This document shows, piece after piece, positions 58,970-64,000 of a stretch of DNA of 64,000 nt. Positions within the stretch are counted from its first letter, which is position 1. Each line of letters starts with the position of its first letter. Source of the DNA: Diplonema japonicum (Eukaryota; Protista; Euglenozoa: Diplonemea); assembly GCA_964019335.1 (NCBI GenBank), contig OZ025665.1, positions 669,932-733,931 on the forward strand, in the 5' to 3' direction. Position numbers and translations under genes: made by a program. The notes below the pieces were generated by a model that saw only the letters and a list, made by a program, of their open reading frames with translations, was not told where the DNA came from and made no database searches.

Positions 58970-59276
58970 CCCCATGCACCCAATAAAGTACAGTAAAAAA
59001 AAGGGGGTCAATACAAAGAATGAGAAGGGTAAGTCATAAAGGAGAGAAAACCAACAGATAGACCATTACTAGGCCTGATAGGCACCCTTATGGAAAAAAA
59101 TCAATTTTTCTGAGGTAAAAACCACTTTTCAGGTGTTTTTGACCACTTGTTCATGTGAAAAATAGTTTTTTTTTTGGGCACCTTTTTTTTTGACCCCCAA
59201 ACATCTCACTTTCACCCCACTTCACTAAATGCCTCTATTGAGGCCTAGGATAGGTACTTTTGAGAAAAAAAAATTA

Positions 59277-59688
59277 GAGAACCGTTCAGCTGGAGGAGCT
59301 TGAGAGCTCAGAAGTGGTTTCAGAGCTTGAGGAGCTTGTGACAGCTGACCCTGAGCTGGTTCTGGTGGTGGAGGTGGGGAACTCGCCAGCTGTCGAAGTC
59401 TTGTCCATGAAGACGATGGTCCTTCCTTCCGGACTTCGGTTCCTCGTTGTCACCGACTCCACAGGCTGTGTTACAAGGATAGGCTCTTGGTTTCTTGAAG
59501 AGTGCGACCACCTGACGTCTGTTGATCTCATCCTCCCCAATGTTTCCACTATTGATGAAAATCTTTTATATGAGTGCAAAAAACTAGAAACCATCAACTT
59601 GAATGCGATGACCAATCTTTCTTCCATTGGTGATTACTTCTTGTTTGGGTGCGAAAAACTAGAAACCATCGACTTGAATGCGATGACC
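59277..59688 (+). pseudogene. Internal fragment of the UBL-LRR gene (matches 60271-60682)
   Basis: 412-bp near-identical copy with about 1.5 LRR units; no UBL domain; fused to an unrelated tail. Confidence 0.88.
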
Positions 59689-60007
59689 GGAACGCATCAC
59701 TCGACTTCGCAAGACGCTCACAGCCTCGATTGGGATGAAAGCAATGCTCCAGAAGGGGAGTATTAACAGATGGACCCCCCCCTCCCATAGGGCGGCCCTC
59801 TAGCGGGGGCTTGTCCTGTACTCTGAGTTTAATAAATAGTTATTCGTCACCTTTTTCTTAAGATGTTCGTTTCACAGTAGGTTTTTTTATTTTCTGAGGT
59901 TCTTCTTCTTCATTTGACTCCTGCAGCCTTCGAGACAAAGCACACAGGGAAAATACATTAGAAAAAAAGAAAAAGAAAGAAAAAAAAAAAAACAATATTA
60001 AAACAAC

Positions 60008-61672
60008 ATGAATGGAAAGAGAGAGGGATCAGGTGAAGAGGTGAACGATATGACAGTGTTCGTGAAGACGGGAGGCGGGGTTCACGATGTGGAAGTGTCG
60101 GGGAAGGAGACGGTGGGGATCCTGTACAAGAAGGCGGGTTGTGCTGCTTGTTTACTCGAAGGCAAGTTCGAACTGGTTTGGGAGGGAGAGGTCCTGGACA
60201 GGAACGGGGGTGAAGATATCCAGGAACTTGGGCTCGTGGAGGGCAGCGTGGTCCATGTGGAGGCGAAGATGAGAACCGTTCAGCTGGAGGAGCTTGAGAG
60301 CTCAGAAGTGGTTTCAGAGCTTGAGGAGCTTGTGACAGCTGACCCTGAGCTGGTTCTGGTGGTGGAGGTGGGGAACTCGCCAGCTGTCGAAGTCTTGTCC
60401 ATGAAGACGACGGTCCTTCCTTCCGGACTTCGGTTCCTCGTTGTCACCGACTCCACAGGCTGTGTTACAAGGATAGGCTCTGGGTTTCTTGAAGAGTGCG
60501 ACCACCTGACGTCTGTTGATCTCATCCTCCCCAATGTTTCCACCATTGATGAAAATCTTTTATATGAGTGCAAAAAACTAGAAACCATCAACTTGAATGC
60601 GATGACCAATCTTTCTTCCATTGGTGATTACTTCTTGTCTGGGTGCAAAAAACTAGAAACCATCAACTTGAATGCGATGACCAATCTTTCTTCTATTGGT
60701 GATGGCTTCTTGTATGGGTGCGAAAAACTAGAAACCATCGACTTGAATGCGATGACCAATCTTTCTTCTACTGGTGATAGCTTCTTGGAAGGGTGCAAAA
60801 AGCTAGAAACCATCAACTTGAATGCGATGACCAATCTTTCTTCCATTGGTGATCGCTTCTTGTTTAGGTGCGAAAAACTAGAAACCATCAACTTGAATGC
60901 GATGACCAATCTTTCTTCTATTGGTCGTTACTTCTTGTTTGGGTGCAGAAAACTAGAAACCATCAACTTGAATGCGATGACCAATCTTTCTTCTATTGGT
61001 GATGGCTTCTTGTCTGGGTGCGAAAAACTAGAAACCATCGACTTGAATGCGATGACCAATCTTTCTTCCATTGGTAATCGCTTCTTGTTTAGGTGCGAAA
61101 AACTAGAAACCATCAACTTGAATGCGATGACCAATCTTTCTTCCATTGGTGATGGCTTCTTGGAAGAGTGCGAAAAACTAGAAACCATCAACTTGAATGC
61201 GATGACCAATCTTTCTTCCATTGGTAATGGCTTCTTGGAAGGGTGCGTAAAACTAGAAACCATCAACTTGAATGCGATGACCAATCTTTCTTCCATTGGT
61301 AATCGCTTCTTGTATGGGTGCGTAAAACTAGAAACCATCGACTTGAATGCGATGACCAATCTTTCTTCCATTGGTGATCGCTTCTTGTTTGGGTGCGAAA
61401 AACTAGAAACCATCGACTTGAATGCGATGACCAATCTTTCTTCTACTGGTGATAGCTTCTTGGAAGGGTGCAAAAAGCTAGAAACCATCAACTTGAATGC
61501 GATGACCAATCTTTCTTCCATTGGTGATCGCTTCTTGTTTGGGTGCGAAAAACTAGAAACCATCGACTTGAATACGTTGACCAATCTTTCTTCCATTGGT
61601 GATGGCTTCTTGGAGGGGTGCGTAAAACTAGAATCTGTCGACTTGAATTTAAAAAGAAAAGTCAGTGTTTAG
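60008..61672 (+). CDS. Ubiquitin-like domain + BspA/TpLRR-type leucine-rich repeat protein
   Basis: N-terminal MTVFVKT..VEV...ETV..L....LVWEGEVLD....IQELGLVEGSVVHV (ubiquitin-fold pattern, no GG end), then LxxIxL..L.SIG..FL..C repeats; no signal peptide or TM. Confidence 0.88.
   Translation: MNGKREGSGEEVNDMTVFVKTGGGVHDVEVSGKETVGILYKKAGCAACLLEGKFELVWEGEVLDRNGGEDIQELGLVEGSVVHVEAKMRTVQLEELESSEVVSELEELVTADPELVLVVEVGNSPAVEVLSMKTTVLPSGLRFLVVTDSTGCVTRIGSGFLEECDHLTSVDLILPNVSTIDENLLYECKKLETINLNAMTNLSSIGDYFLSGCKKLETINLNAMTNLSSIGDGFLYGCEKLETIDLNAMTNLSSTGDSFLEGCKKLETINLNAMTNLSSIGDRFLFRCEKLETINLNAMTNLSSIGRYFLFGCRKLETINLNAMTNLSSIGDGFLSGCEKLETIDLNAMTNLSSIGNRFLFRCEKLETINLNAMTNLSSIGDGFLEECEKLETINLNAMTNLSSIGNGFLEGCVKLETINLNAMTNLSSIGNRFLYGCVKLETIDLNAMTNLSSIGDRFLFGCEKLETIDLNAMTNLSSTGDSFLEGCKKLETINLNAMTNLSSIGDRFLFGCEKLETIDLNTLTNLSSIGDGFLEGCVKLESVDLNLKRKVSV
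60572..61621 (+). repeat. 14 x 75-bp coding tandem repeat (25-aa LRR)
   Basis: xKLETI(N/D)LNAMTNLSS(I/T)GxxFLxxC counted 14 times, plus a degenerate partial unit. Confidence 0.95.
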
Positions 61673-62668
61673 AAGAGGAAGAAAAAAAGAGGAAAAAAAA
61701 AGAAGAAAAAAAAAACACCCTAGCGCTGAGAAACATCTTTGTGGAAAAACCAACGGAAAGCAATCCAATACCTCGAAGACACCGGGGACCCCCTCCGCAA
61801 CAACTCCACAACAACCATCTAACCTGCTGAAGTAGCATGCCGATCAGAAGGCGGCTGAGGCACTTGTCATTTAATCAGAATCCCGAGATCCCATCCCTGA
61901 TCCCCAAATAGAGAGTGTACCATCCTGTTTCTCGCGGAAACAGAGAACCTACCCCCTCCCCACCACAGCACCCGACCAATCAGATGCAGCAGTGTGAAAA
62001 AAAAAAGCCCCTCTCCCCAAACAAAACAAACAAACAAACATTTCCCCACCCCCGATAACGTATAATTAAGAATAAAAATTATGGGGGGGAAGGATACTGA
62101 GGTCTGGCACCAGCGGATGAGGATGCGGGAAAGGGGGTTGCACTGCTTTCCCTGCCAAAGCTAGTCGAGGGTGCACACCTTGCGACATATGGAATACCAC
62201 AGTGAGCACCCCCATGCACACTGAAATTTTATCGAGTTTATTTGCTTCCAAGCTTTCTCTTGAAACTTTTGATTGTTACCTCAAGTTAGTTACCGTTCTT
62301 GCTGAGCGCCGTTTGGCTTTGTCACCTTGATGTTAAAAGATCGACCTTTTTTTTTCTTCTTCTTTTTTTATTTTTTATTTTCTTCTGATGACCGTGGTGG
62401 TCGAGCTTTCTTTACCTCTCCACTTTCGGGGCGAAGTTTAACAAGGGTTACCGCTGTGTCACATTCCGCATGGCACCACTAAAATCGAGTCCCCCCTCCC
62501 CCTTCTTCTTCTTCTTCTTCTTCTTCCTTTTTCCTTTTTTTTCCAGTGTGTCTTCTCTTTTTGTTGTTCTTCTTTCACAAGCATTATTATTGTGCGCCTG
62601 TGGTGTGGGTTTACCTTCAACACGAATACAGGGGGGGGGGGGGGGGGGGGGGAAAGAAGAAGAAAAAA

Positions 62669-63421
62669 ATGGCGCCGGTGGGAGCATCAACGCCAACACA
62701 GTGCAAGTACCTGCCGATTTGGCATCAGAGGATAATGGAAGAGTCGGAGCTAAGCCGGGAGAACAAAATGCTCATATTTTTCAAGGGGCTGTTGGTGGCT
62801 CTCCTGCGGTGCAAACCGCGCAACCCCATCAGCTTCTGCGAGAAGTACGTTGAAGAAAAAGTAGAAGGCGACGAACTAGAAACCAGCCTGTGCAGAAGCT
62901 GGAGGGGAGACTTCAACACCTACGACTTCACCAGAGACACCTCAGACGTGTTCCAAGTAAATAACCGAGATGTCTATGGGGAGTACGAGACTATTAGAAA
63001 AACCCTCGACTTCAACTACCACGGTAACTACTCAAAAACCCGACAAGCAGTCCAAGACATAGCGGTCTCCGACGTTGTCCTGGGCGGTGAACTCAAATCC
63101 GAACCCTGGCTCGTCTACACAGCAGGAGCAATGGGGGCTGGGAAGTCCCATGTTATCAGGTGGATGTCCGACCACGGGTATTTCCCACTACCGGACATTG
63201 TTCAAATAGACCCCGATCGGTTCAAAGAAATACTCCCAGAATGGCAGGGCTACGTGGAGCATGACCCCATGCAAGCTGGGGGTAGAATGCGCAAGGAATC
63301 CGGGTATCTAGTTGAAATCGCACAGCACAAGGCAATGGACATGGGCAAGAACGTGTGGGTGGACGGGTCCCTGCGGGACGGGGTGCGCTTCACATTGTGG
63401 AGCTGGGCACCCTTGCCATAG
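62669..63421 (+). CDS. RIIa/Dpy-30-like docking domain + zeta-toxin-like P-loop kinase (3' part unresolved)
   Basis: FFKGLLVALLRCKPRNPISFCEKY; YTAGAMGAGKS Walker A, QIDPDRFK, KESGYLVE, NVWVDGSLRD; likely GT donor at 63383. Confidence 0.75.
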   Translation: MAPVGASTPTQCKYLPIWHQRIMEESELSRENKMLIFFKGLLVALLRCKPRNPISFCEKYVEEKVEGDELETSLCRSWRGDFNTYDFTRDTSDVFQVNNRDVYGEYETIRKTLDFNYHGNYSKTRQAVQDIAVSDVVLGGELKSEPWLVYTAGAMGAGKSHVIRWMSDHGYFPLPDIVQIDPDRFKEILPEWQGYVEHDPMQAGGRMRKESGYLVEIAQHKAMDMGKNVWVDGSLRDGVRFTLWSWAPLP

Positions 63422-63787
63422 GCGGGGTTGGCATACAGCTGGAGCTCGGAAAGATTACGGGCGTGCACACTGTTCCTCTGTTATTCCAACGATTCTAAAG
63501 CTACAGTTTCTGTACTTTATTGATCCCCTCCCCCCAACACACACTGTAAAAAAAAATTAAAAAAAATAAAAAATGGATCCAAGACGAAACGCAAGAGGAG
63601 GTGACCGTGCAAACCGCAGGGAGAAGGAACCCCGACAGGCCACCAGGCTGCACACGACGCCAGGGCCGACCCGACCAGACTATCTGGTTGGGCAGTATGA
63701 ATCCCCACCCCCACCCCCTAGATCCCCCCACCCCCCTTTAGAAAAAAAAATAAAATAAAAAAATCACTAGTAGAGACCGCGGTTTTG

Positions 63788-64000
63788 ACCCGCAAACCCG
63801 CAAACCCGCAAACCCGCAAACCCGCAAACCCGCAAACCCGCAAACCCGCAAACCCGCAAACCCGCAAACCCGCAAACCCGCAAACCCGCAAACCCCGCAA
63901 ACCCGCAAACCCGCAAACCCGCAAACCCGCAAACCCGCAAACCCGCAAACCCGCAAACCCGCAAACCCGCAAACCCGCAAACCCGCAAACCCGCAAACCC
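63788..64000 (+). repeat. (CCCGCAAA)n tandem array running off the window
   Basis: About 26 near-perfect 8-nt units, one with an extra C. Confidence 0.95.

Noticed and set aside
60572-61621. Diversity-generating retroelement (variation at codon positions 1-2 mimics AAY mutagenesis)
   Set aside because: No reverse transcriptase or adenine-rich template repeat in the window; some variants (TTT/GAA, TCC/TCT) do not fit cleanly; selection plus recombination is sufficient.
63788-64000. True chromosome telomere
   Set aside because: C-rich strand points toward the right end, opposite to telomere polarity; kept only as an unexplained array.

Overview
Eukaryotic protist DNA, most consistent with a euglenozoan, probably a diplonemid (inferred, not proven). 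Bases 1-48.3 kb hold about 28 genes, all on the minus strand, several separated by only 40-50 nt. Many are split by very short (31-68 nt) GT-AG introns that the ORF track misses. They include an exportin-5-like gene, DTD1, a USP, a cathepsin with novel Cys-rich extensions, DNAJC9, IFT144/WDR19, guanylate kinase, RluA, a Ctr copper transporter, DOT1, CCAR1-like, TMEM184, CNOT11, NOP14, DAW1/ODA16 and a Qc-SNARE. The divergent strand-switch region (48.4-60 kb) is a nest of DNA transposons. It holds three copies of a non-autonomous CAGTGTTGG-TIR element, a decayed hAT transposase that appears to carry a 4-exon HYPK copy and other exons, palindromic elements, and two fragments of the downstream gene; the copies compared show CpG-specific decay. 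On the plus strand follow a ubiquitin-like + BspA-type LRR gene whose 14 near-identical 75-bp repeats vary almost only non-synonymously, at a few codons, then a docking-domain/zeta-toxin-like kinase gene and a (CCCGCAAA)n array at the window end. The best candidate for a new system is the UBL-LRR repeat-diversifying gene with its adjacent gene fragments and transposons. All calls are by eye; no database searches were run.
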